Positions 7,217-14,569 of a stretch of DNA of 22,617 nucleotides are shown piece by piece; the first letter of the stretch is position 1, and each line of letters begins with the position of its first letter. This stretch comes from an archaeon. Its GTDB lineage: Archaea; Halobacteriota; Syntropharchaeia; Alkanophagales; Methanospirareceae. The translations under genes were made by a program, and so were the position numbers. The notes under the pieces are model-generated. The model was not told the DNA's origin and did no database searches. It saw only the letters and a program-made list of their open reading frames with translations. The DNA lies in the NCBI GenBank assembly GCA_030019325.1, contig JASEFB010000019.1:1-22617 (forward strand). Direction: 5' to 3'.

Positions 7217-7966
7217 CTACCTATCCTTACGCCCGATATATCGTGTCATGAGTAATCCGAGCTCGAACAGTGCTATTGAAACCACGGCCATGATCATCGA
7301 AATACCCGTGGGATCGGAGAAGACGAAGATAGCGATTCCTATTATCAGCCCGTAGATTATCAATCGCTTATCCTTGAGCCATGAATACGTGACGAGCTTC
7401 ATCTTTACCGCTAAAGTCATTATGAAGGGTATTTGAAAGATCAACCCGAATCCCACCGCAGTATAAAGGATGATTGAGAAAATCCGTTTTGCGGAAAGCG
7501 CAACCCGTGCAATGTCTCCTGAGTAAGCGATGAGGTAACTGAAGATCAGCGGAAGGACGAAGAGATAGGCGAAGACTGCACCGAGACCATAACAGCAGAG
7601 CGAAGGAATGGTAACCATCAGGAAAAATTTTCGCTCTGAGGGATATAAACCAGGTCGCATAAATGCGAATGTCTCATATACTAACAATGGTATCGTTACA
7701 GAAAGAGCGCATAAGAAGGAGAACAAAAGCCTCACGCTTATCCATTCCATCGGGCTGTACACGAATATGGAGATATCTTCGGAGAATAGATTGATAAATA
7801 AGAAGCGAAGAGAGATATTTGAAAGAGGGAAGATGATAAGAGTAACAACAGCGAGGGGGATTAAAAGAATGATGAGTCTTCTTCGTAGTTCGATGAGATG
7901 CTCTATTAGTGGAATCTCTTCATCTCCTATCGGTCCACTTACTCTATCATTTCCGATTCTTTCCAT
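7217..7966 (-). CDS. tatC: Tat translocase subunit TatC (paralog 1)
   Basis: 249 aa with six hydrophobic segments. It has the canonical N-terminal TatC block IPLIEHLIELRRRLI. The usual TPPD..SQ block is divergent (FSDPTGISM). An AGGGGGAA ribosome-binding site precedes the ATG. Confidence 0.8.
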   Translation of the reverse strand: MERIGNDRVSGPIGDEEIPLIEHLIELRRRLIILLIPLAVVTLIIFPLSNISLRFLFINLFSEDISIFVYSPMEWISVRLLFSFLCALSVTIPLLVYETFAFMRPGLYPSERKFFLMVTIPSLCCYGLGAVFAYLFVLPLIFSYLIAYSGDIARVALSAKRIFSIILYTAVGFGLIFQIPFIMTLAVKMKLVTYSWLKDKRLIIYGLIIGIAIFVFSDPTGISMIMAVVSIALFELGLLMTRYIGRKDR

Positions 7967-7992
7967 TTTTCCCCCTTTAGGAGCGATTGAAG

Positions 7993-8736
7993 ATGGCGAG
8001 CATTACTGAGGAATTTGGGTATATATTAGTGGCGATAAAGAGAAAAATCCTGCTCATTCTTGCCGTTATATTTGCTGGTTTCATTGGTTCATTTCAATTT
8101 TTAGACCCCGTGTTACGAAAGATAACACAAGACCTCCTCCCTGAAGGTGCAACCCTCATCTATATCTCACCCGTGGAGGTAATAATGCTCAAGTTAAAAA
8201 TGGCTTTTTTCATAGGCATAATACTCGCCTCCCCTCTTGTATGCTATTATGTGTATAAGACATTGAAAGTGAGATTTGGGATACAGAATCCAATGAAAAA
8301 ATCCCGGCTCATCATATTGCTGACTTCCGCCATTACTTTGTTTATTTTAGGGATAAGTTATGCTTATTTCCTTATGTTACCTCTTGTTTTAAATTATCTC
8401 CACTACCTGTCAGCATCAGTTGGAGTTGTCGCCACCTACTCCATATACGAATTTATATCGTTCGTCATCATACTAACGCTCATACTGGGAATAGCCTTTG
8501 AAGTCCCTATCTTTATCGTCTTTGCGGTTCAATCCGGTCTTGTCCAGATAGCGACCCTGAAGGAATATAGGCGGTACGTGATTGTGGCAATGTTTGTTCT
8601 CGCTGCACTTGTTACACCTCCTGACGTGGTGAGCCAGCTCGTCGTCGCATTCCCGCTGGTAATTTTCTATGAGATTGGGATTACCGTTGCGAGCATGGTC
8701 ACGCGGAAACGTTCAGTTCCGATTCAAGCTTCTTAG
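7993..8736 (+). CDS. tatC: Tat translocase subunit TatC (paralog 2, divergent N-terminus)
   Basis: I prefer the ATG at 7993 (AGGAG at 7979-7983, 9-nt spacer) over the track's TTG at 7987. Six hydrophobic segments. It has the canonical TatC block LVTPPDVVSQLV, but the N-terminal block is degenerate (ILVAIKRKILLIL instead of HL.ELR.R). Confidence 0.8.
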   Translation: MASITEEFGYILVAIKRKILLILAVIFAGFIGSFQFLDPVLRKITQDLLPEGATLIYISPVEVIMLKLKMAFFIGIILASPLVCYYVYKTLKVRFGIQNPMKKSRLIILLTSAITLFILGISYAYFLMLPLVLNYLHYLSASVGVVATYSIYEFISFVIILTLILGIAFEVPIFIVFAVQSGLVQIATLKEYRRYVIVAMFVLAALVTPPDVVSQLVVAFPLVIFYEIGITVASMVTRKRSVPIQAS

Positions 8737-8824
8737 ATTTAAAATTTGATCCACCATCCCTAAAAGAAAAACAAACTTTGTTGTATTTTGAAATTTTCAA
8801 GGCAGAATTTTTTAAACCATTTCA

Positions 8825-10579
8825 TTACCTTTGTTTTAGGTACTCGAGTATCGCTGCCTTGAGAAGAGGAAAGATCCTTAAATTCCGCTTTGCAGCTGGC
8901 CAACTCATGTGCATCTTCTCGTTGATGACCGCATTGAGCATCATATCGAACTCCGGTTTCAATTGCATTAATCGTTCTCGTTGGGCGGATTCGTCATTTA
9001 TCTCCTTTATCTTGTCTATTACGGTTGTAAGGTCAATTGCGAGCTTTATCCGCTCTTCCGTTCTCTTGAATGAAGCATAGTCAATCAATCCGTATTCCAT
9101 CTTCAATCTGTTCAGTCCAAGCCCAGCTCGATACGTGCAATCTACAATCTCGTCTCGTGTCATCCAGTTGGTCTCGTAATTCAGCGCGTATTTCCAACTC
9201 GGCGATAGCAGTGCTTTTCGATGGTCCTCAAACGTGTTAAAAAGAATCTTATATCCAAACTTTTCGGGATGCTCGTATAAGCTGCATCCGGGGTCAAGAA
9301 AGGGGGAATAAGGTAAAATAAATGGTACAACGCGTGTACCAAATTTCTCCATCAGATACCCACACCAATCCACCGTCTCCATGACCGATTCGCGGGTCTG
9401 GAAAGGGAGACCAATCATGAAGAACAAATCAAATCTGTTGCACCCCGAATCCAAAGCCCACCCTATATTCTTCTCAACCACTTCATTCGTATACCGCTTC
9501 CCCTCTATCGCTCTTATCCGCTCGTCATGGCTATCTGGCGATAGTTCAAAATTGAAGTTTTCAACAGATTCCGCCATGAGTTCAAAATAGTCCTTCGGTG
9601 CAGCATTGAACAACTCAAACACGAGATGATTGTTGAATTCCGCCTTTTTCAAGACTTCCAAGACGGTGTAAGCGTATTCTTCGCCTGGCTGGAGGAGGTC
9701 ACCGATAACGAATATGGGTGCTTTCGTATATTTCGTGATTTTTAGAATGTCCTCGGCAATTAATTGCGGGTCCCGAAAAGCGGGTTTCTTCCGATTGCAG
9801 TATACTGCAAGTGCATTCTTGGAACCTCCACAGAATGTGCAATTATGGATACAGCCACGACAGGTTATCACCGGCGTGATCGGGTAGTCCAACCACTCGT
9901 GGGAAGACCAGCCTTTCCATGGGCTCAGACTTCCGACATCACGGTATTTCAGAGCCGATTTGAAAACAGGGAGGTAATTATTAGAAAATTCGTTCAATTC
10001 GGTTGGAACATGAGTGAGGGGGTTTATATGCACCTCCCCGCTGCTATCCCTCCATACAAGGTTTGGGAGTGTGCTGATGGTGGAATAAGAATGGTGAATA
10101 ATCGCTTTCATGAGCTGGAGCAGGGGCTCTTCGGCTGAATCCCCCCTTATGATAAAATCCACCTCAGGATAGCGAATCAACTCTTCATGGAAGTACGTTG
10201 CGGAAAATCCACCGAAGATGATGGGTATGCAGGGATGATATTTCTTGCAGAGCTTCGCTACTTCGAGGCTCCCCTGTGCATGAGCAAGCCAATGGAGATC
10301 AATTCCAAAAGCCACTGGTTTAAGCCTGCGTATCATCTTTTCTGGATCAAAACCATCGTTACTGAGCATTCTCACCGCTAAATTGATGATCCTTACCCCT
10401 ATCCCATTTCTCTCCAGATGTTCCACGATAGAGAAAAATCCGATCGGATACATCTCGAATACGGGAGTTGAGGGGACCCCATCAGCAATCGGACCGAACA
10501 TTATGGGATACTTCCGAAAATCATACACGGTTGGTGCATGGAGTAAGATTAAATGAGGATTGGAGGGCACGATGCTCAT
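8825..10579 (-). CDS. B12-binding-domain radical SAM protein (class B-like), function unknown
   Basis: 584 aa. The N-terminal region is Rossmann-like and resembles a cobalamin-binding domain (FGIDLHWLAHAQGSLEVAKLCKKYHPCIPIIFGGFSATY). The radical SAM motif is CRGCIHNCTFCGG (CxxxCxxC). The start ATG overlaps the stop of the upstream protease gene (ATGA at 10576-10579). Confidence 0.75.
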   Translation of the reverse strand: MSIVPSNPHLILLHAPTVYDFRKYPIMFGPIADGVPSTPVFEMYPIGFFSIVEHLERNGIGVRIINLAVRMLSNDGFDPEKMIRRLKPVAFGIDLHWLAHAQGSLEVAKLCKKYHPCIPIIFGGFSATYFHEELIRYPEVDFIIRGDSAEEPLLQLMKAIIHHSYSTISTLPNLVWRDSSGEVHINPLTHVPTELNEFSNNYLPVFKSALKYRDVGSLSPWKGWSSHEWLDYPITPVITCRGCIHNCTFCGGSKNALAVYCNRKKPAFRDPQLIAEDILKITKYTKAPIFVIGDLLQPGEEYAYTVLEVLKKAEFNNHLVFELFNAAPKDYFELMAESVENFNFELSPDSHDERIRAIEGKRYTNEVVEKNIGWALDSGCNRFDLFFMIGLPFQTRESVMETVDWCGYLMEKFGTRVVPFILPYSPFLDPGCSLYEHPEKFGYKILFNTFEDHRKALLSPSWKYALNYETNWMTRDEIVDCTYRAGLGLNRLKMEYGLIDYASFKRTEERIKLAIDLTTVIDKIKEINDESAQRERLMQLKPEFDMMLNAVINEKMHMSWPAAKRNLRIFPLLKAAILEYLKQR

Positions 10580-11061
10580 TTTTTCCCGATCTCTCCCAAA
10601 ACGAGATTTACCACTTTAGGAACCGCTTCTTTTACCTTTGTAGTCATTTCCTCGGTGAACTTCTCTATCTCCTCGACTTCTATCGCAAATATCACGATCT
10701 CACGAGGCATCTCCTCAGGCATAAGCTTGTTGCCTACTTCTATTACCGTTGGAAAGTTCAGATCATGCATTGACGTCGCGAGATGTACAGACTTGAAAAA
10801 GTCTTCTGGTCTTAGCCGGTATATTTCCCCTGGTTCACCTCCTTCTGTCTTTATCGCATCTATTATAACCACCTTGTCGTATCCCATGATGATGTCGAGC
10901 ACATTCAAACCACCCGTGCATGCATCTTCGATATCTATCGCGTCATCCCTTATCAGCCTCGCCAATTTCTGGGCTACATGAAAGCCTACGCCATCATCTC
11001 CTAAAATCGGATTCCCTATACCCAAAATAAGTATCTTCACTGTGCCGCACCTTTTTATCAT
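10576..11061 (-). CDS. [NiFe]-hydrogenase maturation endopeptidase (HycI/HyaD/FrhD family)
   Basis: 161 aa with ILILGIGNPILGDDGVGFHVAQKL, VVIIDAI and SMHD blocks, typical of the metal-binding Asp/Asp/His protease. An alternative GTG start at 11040 (AAAGGTG ribosome-binding site) would give the usual MKILILG N-terminus. Confidence 0.85.
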   Translation of the reverse strand: MIKRCGTVKILILGIGNPILGDDGVGFHVAQKLARLIRDDAIDIEDACTGGLNVLDIIMGYDKVVIIDAIKTEGGEPGEIYRLRPEDFFKSVHLATSMHDLNFPTVIEVGNKLMPEEMPREIVIFAIEVEEIEKFTEEMTTKVKEAVPKVVNLVLGEIGKK

Positions 11062-11221
11062 AGGAACGTTTTGTTTATTAAATGTCTAAGTGATTTATTA
11101 CTCAATCTGCTAATTAATAATAAAAAGTCCATACAAATTAACAAATGGTAAAGGAGTTCAAAAACGAAAAGCTGTAAACATATGTTTTAATCTCCAATGA
11201 ACAGTGATAAAAAGGGAGTTT

Positions 11222-11237
11222 CAAAGACATGTCTTTG
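11222..11237. promoter_or_regulatory. Perfect 16-bp palindrome CAAAGACATGTCTTTG in the divergent control region
   Basis: Read directly from the sequence. It lies in the 391-bp AT-rich spacer between the protease/radical-SAM operon and the mvhDGA-hdrA operon. Confidence 0.35.
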
Positions 11238-11363
11238 GCCATTATGTAATACACTCCCTCTGCTACAATTTAAACAAATGTAAAAATAGAAGATTTAAGG
11301 CGTGACTTACCTTTTCATTCCTTTTTATCCCAGCTTCTGGGGCATATCTACATATACTTCTGT

Positions 11364-11375
11364 ATGTACGTACAT
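11364..11375. promoter_or_regulatory. Perfect 12-bp palindrome ATGTACGTACAT just upstream of the mvhD promoter
   Basis: Read directly from the sequence. It ends about 16 nt upstream of the TATA box at 11391-11400. Confidence 0.35.
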
Positions 11376-11390
11376 GTCGTTTTAATACCC

Positions 11391-11400
11391 TTTTATATAA
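11391..11400 (+). promoter_or_regulatory. TATA box (TTTTATATAA) of the mvhD-mvhG-mvhA-hdrA operon
   Basis: Consensus TATA about 55-60 nt upstream of the ATG at 11453. GAGAGGGAG is a ribosome-binding-site-like element in the predicted leader. Confidence 0.55.
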
Positions 11401-11452
11401 AGGTCGAATAAAGAATGTTCATATATATTATAGTAGTAGAGAGGGAGAAAAA

Positions 11453-11878
11453 ATGGCAACAGAGAAGGAGGAATTTGAGCCTTTGATAGTAGGGATCACA
11501 TGCAATTGGTGCACATATGCAGCTGCGGACCTTGCAGGGACATCTCGTCTGAAATATCCGCCGAATATCAGATTGATACGGGTGATGTGCAGTTCGAGGA
11601 TACATCCTTCGTTCATACTGTATTCATTTGCGAGAGGTGCGGATGGTGTTTTTATTGGAGGCTGTCATCCCAAGGAGTGCCATTACATAAGCGGTCCCGA
11701 AAAAGCGTTACGAAGAATCGAATTGCTGAGGAGAATGATAGACCAATTTGGAATAGAGCCTGAGAGATTGAGATTGGAATGGTGTTCAGCGGCTGAAGGC
11801 GCGAAATTTGCACAGGAGGTGACTAATTTTACCCATAAGCTGAAGGAGTTAGGACCAAGCCCATTAAGAGGTCAATAG
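11453..11878 (+). CDS. mvhD: MvhD (F420-non-reducing hydrogenase / Hdr-associated [2Fe-2S] delta subunit), paralog 1
   Basis: 141 aa with the MvhD signature: CNWCTYAAADLAGTSR, RVMCSSRI and GGCHPKECHY. Confidence 0.9.
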   Translation: MATEKEEFEPLIVGITCNWCTYAAADLAGTSRLKYPPNIRLIRVMCSSRIHPSFILYSFARGADGVFIGGCHPKECHYISGPEKALRRIELLRRMIDQFGIEPERLRLEWCSAAEGAKFAQEVTNFTHKLKELGPSPLRGQ

Positions 11879-11900
11879 CGAGGAAAGGAGGAAAGAAGAG

Positions 11901-12950
11901 ATGGAGGAAGAGAAAAAGGAACCGAAAAAGAAGATAAAAATAGCATTATATTGGGCTGCAACCTGTGGAGGCTGTGATGTAGCAACGTTAGATATCGAAG
12001 AGAAGATACTGGATGTGATTAACATTGCTGATATCGTTCTGTGGCCCGTGGCAATGGACTTCAAGTATGAAGACGTGGAGAAGATGGAGCCGAAGAGCAT
12101 AGATGTATGTTTGTTCAACGGTGCAGTGCGGAATTCAGAGCATGAGGAGATAGCAAAGATGCTGCGAGAGAAATCAAAGGTGATGATCGCGTTCGGAAGC
12201 TGCGCGTGCTTTGGCGGGATACCAGGTCTGGGGAATGTAGCAAACAGAGAACAGATATTTAAGGTGGCATATAAAGACACACCTTCTACCGTGAACCCCG
12301 AGTTCGTCACACCGCAGACGGAGATGATGACGAATGGGGGAGAGAAGTTAACCCTTCCTGAATTCTGGAACACCGTGAAAACATTGGATCAGACGGTGGA
12401 TGTTGATTATTACGTTCCTGGCTGTCCGCCCACGGTGGATAGGATAAACGATGCGGTGGGAATATTAGCGAAATTTGCAGAGACAGGAGAACTTCCTCCA
12501 AAGGGTGCAGTTGTTGCTTTTGACAAAAACCTATGTGATGAATGTGAACGCAAGAGAGACGAGGAGAAGAAGATTAAACGTATATACAGACCTCATGAGC
12601 TCAAAGAGATAGATCCAGAGAAATGTCTATTGGACCAAGGGATCTTATGTATGGGACTTGCAACACGTGGGGGTTGTGGTGCTCGATGCGTAAACGCGAA
12701 CATGCCCTGCCGTGGTTGTTATGGCCCCTCGCCTGAGATAAAAGACCATGGTGCTGCGGTTTTGTCAGCAATTGCTTCTATCTTAGGAGTGGAAGATGAA
12801 GCTGAAATGATAGATATAGGGACACCAGAAGAGGTTGAAGAGTTGCTCAACCAGGTAAAAGACCCACTTGGCACCTTTTACCGGTTTACTCTGCCGAGTA
12901 GCATGTTAAAACGCGTGATTATAAAACCAGAGAAAGGAGGGGAGACGTGA
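11901..12950 (+). CDS. mvhG: [NiFe]-hydrogenase small subunit, MvhG type (group 3c)
   Basis: 349 aa. Proximal-cluster motifs are WAATCGGCDVA, GSCACFGGIPG and PGCPP. Distal and medial Cys groups are CDEC...C and GGCGARC...CRGC. There is a GGAAAGGAGG ribosome-binding site. Confidence 0.85.
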   Translation: MEEEKKEPKKKIKIALYWAATCGGCDVATLDIEEKILDVINIADIVLWPVAMDFKYEDVEKMEPKSIDVCLFNGAVRNSEHEEIAKMLREKSKVMIAFGSCACFGGIPGLGNVANREQIFKVAYKDTPSTVNPEFVTPQTEMMTNGGEKLTLPEFWNTVKTLDQTVDVDYYVPGCPPTVDRINDAVGILAKFAETGELPPKGAVVAFDKNLCDECERKRDEEKKIKRIYRPHELKEIDPEKCLLDQGILCMGLATRGGCGARCVNANMPCRGCYGPSPEIKDHGAAVLSAIASILGVEDEAEMIDIGTPEEVEELLNQVKDPLGTFYRFTLPSSMLKRVIIKPEKGGET

Positions 12951-12953
12951 AAA

Positions 12954-14552
12954 ATGGAGAAATTGAAGAGTTTATTCAGAAAGAAGGAAGAGCCAACGGT
13001 CGAAGAAGCAGAAAAGGAGCCAACAGTTGAAGTAGCAGAAAAGAAGCCAGAGGTCGCAGTGGAAGAAAAGAAACCAAAGGTTCCAGTGGCAGAAAGGAAG
13101 AAGGAAATAACGATTTCTCCTATAACGAGATTGGAAGGACATGGTAAGATATGTATATTCCTTGATGACGAAGGAAACGTGAAGGATGCTTACTTTCAGG
13201 TAGTAGAGCTAAGAGGATTCGAGCGATTCTGTATAGGTCGACCGGTAGAAGAAATACCTCGGATCGTGCCACGCATCTGTGGCGTATGCCCGTGGGCGCA
13301 TCACATGGCATCGACAAAAGCAAACGATGCGGTGTTCAATGCTGAACCAACGGATGCCGCGAAGAAATTACGTGAAATGGCGTATAATGCCCATATGATG
13401 CATTCCCATCAGCTCCATTTCTATGCATTAGGAGCTCCCGATTTCGTTCCTGGGCCAAAAGCAGACCCGGCAGAAAGGAACGTGGTGGGATTAATAGGAA
13501 AGGTTGGCGTAGAGTTAGGATTGGAAGTGATTAAGCACAGGGGATATGCGCAGCGGATACAGGAGATCGTCGGCGGTAAGGCGACGCACCCAGTCTGTGG
13601 TCTCCCAGGCGGCATGTCAAAGGCGTTGTCAGCAGAGGAACAAGCTGAGATAGAGGAAAAGGCGAAGAAGCTTTTAGATTTCAGTAAGAATACCCTTGAG
13701 ATATTCGACGACGTGGTATTGAAGAACAAGGACTACGTGGATATAATAACGGGCGATGTTTACTACCACAAGACCTATTACATGGGTTTGGTGGACAAGA
13801 ACAACAAGGTGAACTTCTACGAGGGCGACCTAAGGGTCGTGGATCCGAATGGTAACGAGTTTGTGAAATTCGTTCCGAAAGATTACCTGGATCACATATC
13901 AGAGGCTGTACTGCCGTGGTCGTATCTGAAATTCCCCTATTTGAAGGCCGTGGGCTGGAAAGGACTTGTAGACGGTCCGGAGAGCGGTATTTACCGGGTA
14001 GCTCCGTTAGCACGACTCAATGCCGCAGACGGCATGGCGACGGATGCAGCACAGGAAGCGTACGAAAAAATGTATGATGTCCTTGGTGGTAAGCCAGTAC
14101 ACAACACGCTCGCATTCCACTGGGCTCGGCTTATAGAGAATTTATACGCTGCGGAGCGGTGCTTGGAGTTGATACAGGACCCGGAGATTACCTCGAAGGA
14201 TGTACGAGGCGAGTTAGGAGAACCGGGAGAGGGCGTAGGAGTCGTAGAAGCCCCTCGCGGGACCCTGATCCACCATTACTGGGCGGATGAAGATGGAATA
14301 GCGAAGAAACTGAACATAATCGTTGCAACCGGGCACAACCATGGAGCAATGTGCATGTCGGTAAAAAAAGCGGCGCAGAATTTAATCAAGGATTGGCAAG
14401 TAGACCAGGGATTGTTGAATATGGTGGAGATGGCTTTCCGTGCATACGATCCCTGCCTCGCATGTGCAACGCATACACTACCAGGACAGATGCCTCTGGA
14501 GGTCAGTATATACGATGAAAAGGGAGATCTCTACCAGAAGCTGAAGAGGTGA
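12954..14552 (+). CDS. mvhA: [NiFe]-hydrogenase large subunit, MvhA type (group 3c), with an unusual N-terminal repeat extension
   Basis: 532 aa with RLEGHG, the N-terminal Ni-Fe motif RICGVCPWAHH and the C-terminal motif DPCLACATH. A 25-aa tail after the His is the expected endopeptidase substrate. About 51 extra residues precede the usual ITISPITRLEGHG start. An alternative GTG at 13086 is possible. Confidence 0.9.
   Translation: MEKLKSLFRKKEEPTVEEAEKEPTVEVAEKKPEVAVEEKKPKVPVAERKKEITISPITRLEGHGKICIFLDDEGNVKDAYFQVVELRGFERFCIGRPVEEIPRIVPRICGVCPWAHHMASTKANDAVFNAEPTDAAKKLREMAYNAHMMHSHQLHFYALGAPDFVPGPKADPAERNVVGLIGKVGVELGLEVIKHRGYAQRIQEIVGGKATHPVCGLPGGMSKALSAEEQAEIEEKAKKLLDFSKNTLEIFDDVVLKNKDYVDIITGDVYYHKTYYMGLVDKNNKVNFYEGDLRVVDPNGNEFVKFVPKDYLDHISEAVLPWSYLKFPYLKAVGWKGLVDGPESGIYRVAPLARLNAADGMATDAAQEAYEKMYDVLGGKPVHNTLAFHWARLIENLYAAERCLELIQDPEITSKDVRGELGEPGEGVGVVEAPRGTLIHHYWADEDGIAKKLNIIVATGHNHGAMCMSVKKAAQNLIKDWQVDQGLLNMVEMAFRAYDPCLACATHTLPGQMPLEVSIYDEKGDLYQKLKR
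12987..13103 (+). repeat. Four degenerate 9-10-codon tandem repeats (EPTVEEAEK / EPTVEVAEKK / PEVAVEEKK / PKVPVAERKK) within the 5' end of mvhA
   Basis: The periodicity is visible in both the protein and the DNA (gagccaacggtcgaagaagcagaaaag / gagccaacagttgaagtagcagaaaagaag / ccagaggtcgcagtggaagaaaagaaa / ccaaaggttccagtggcagaaaggaag). Confidence 0.7.
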
Positions 14553-14569
14553 AAAGGAGGTGAAAAGAA

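Noticed and set aside
11197-11283. A 28-codon plus-strand ORF (MNSDKKGVSKTCLWPLCNTLPLLQFKQM) lies in the divergent hydrogenase control region and spans the 16-bp palindrome.
   Set aside because: There is no ribosome-binding site (TAATCTCCAATG) and no supporting promoter spacing. The region is better explained as regulatory DNA.
11500-11763. An alternative-frame ORF of about 85 aa is open inside both mvhD paralogs (11500-11763 and 16976-17230), and the two products resemble each other.
   Set aside because: The resemblance follows automatically from the nucleotide similarity of the two mvhD copies. There is no independent start context or motif. It would only be worth revisiting if many mvhD orthologs kept this frame open.
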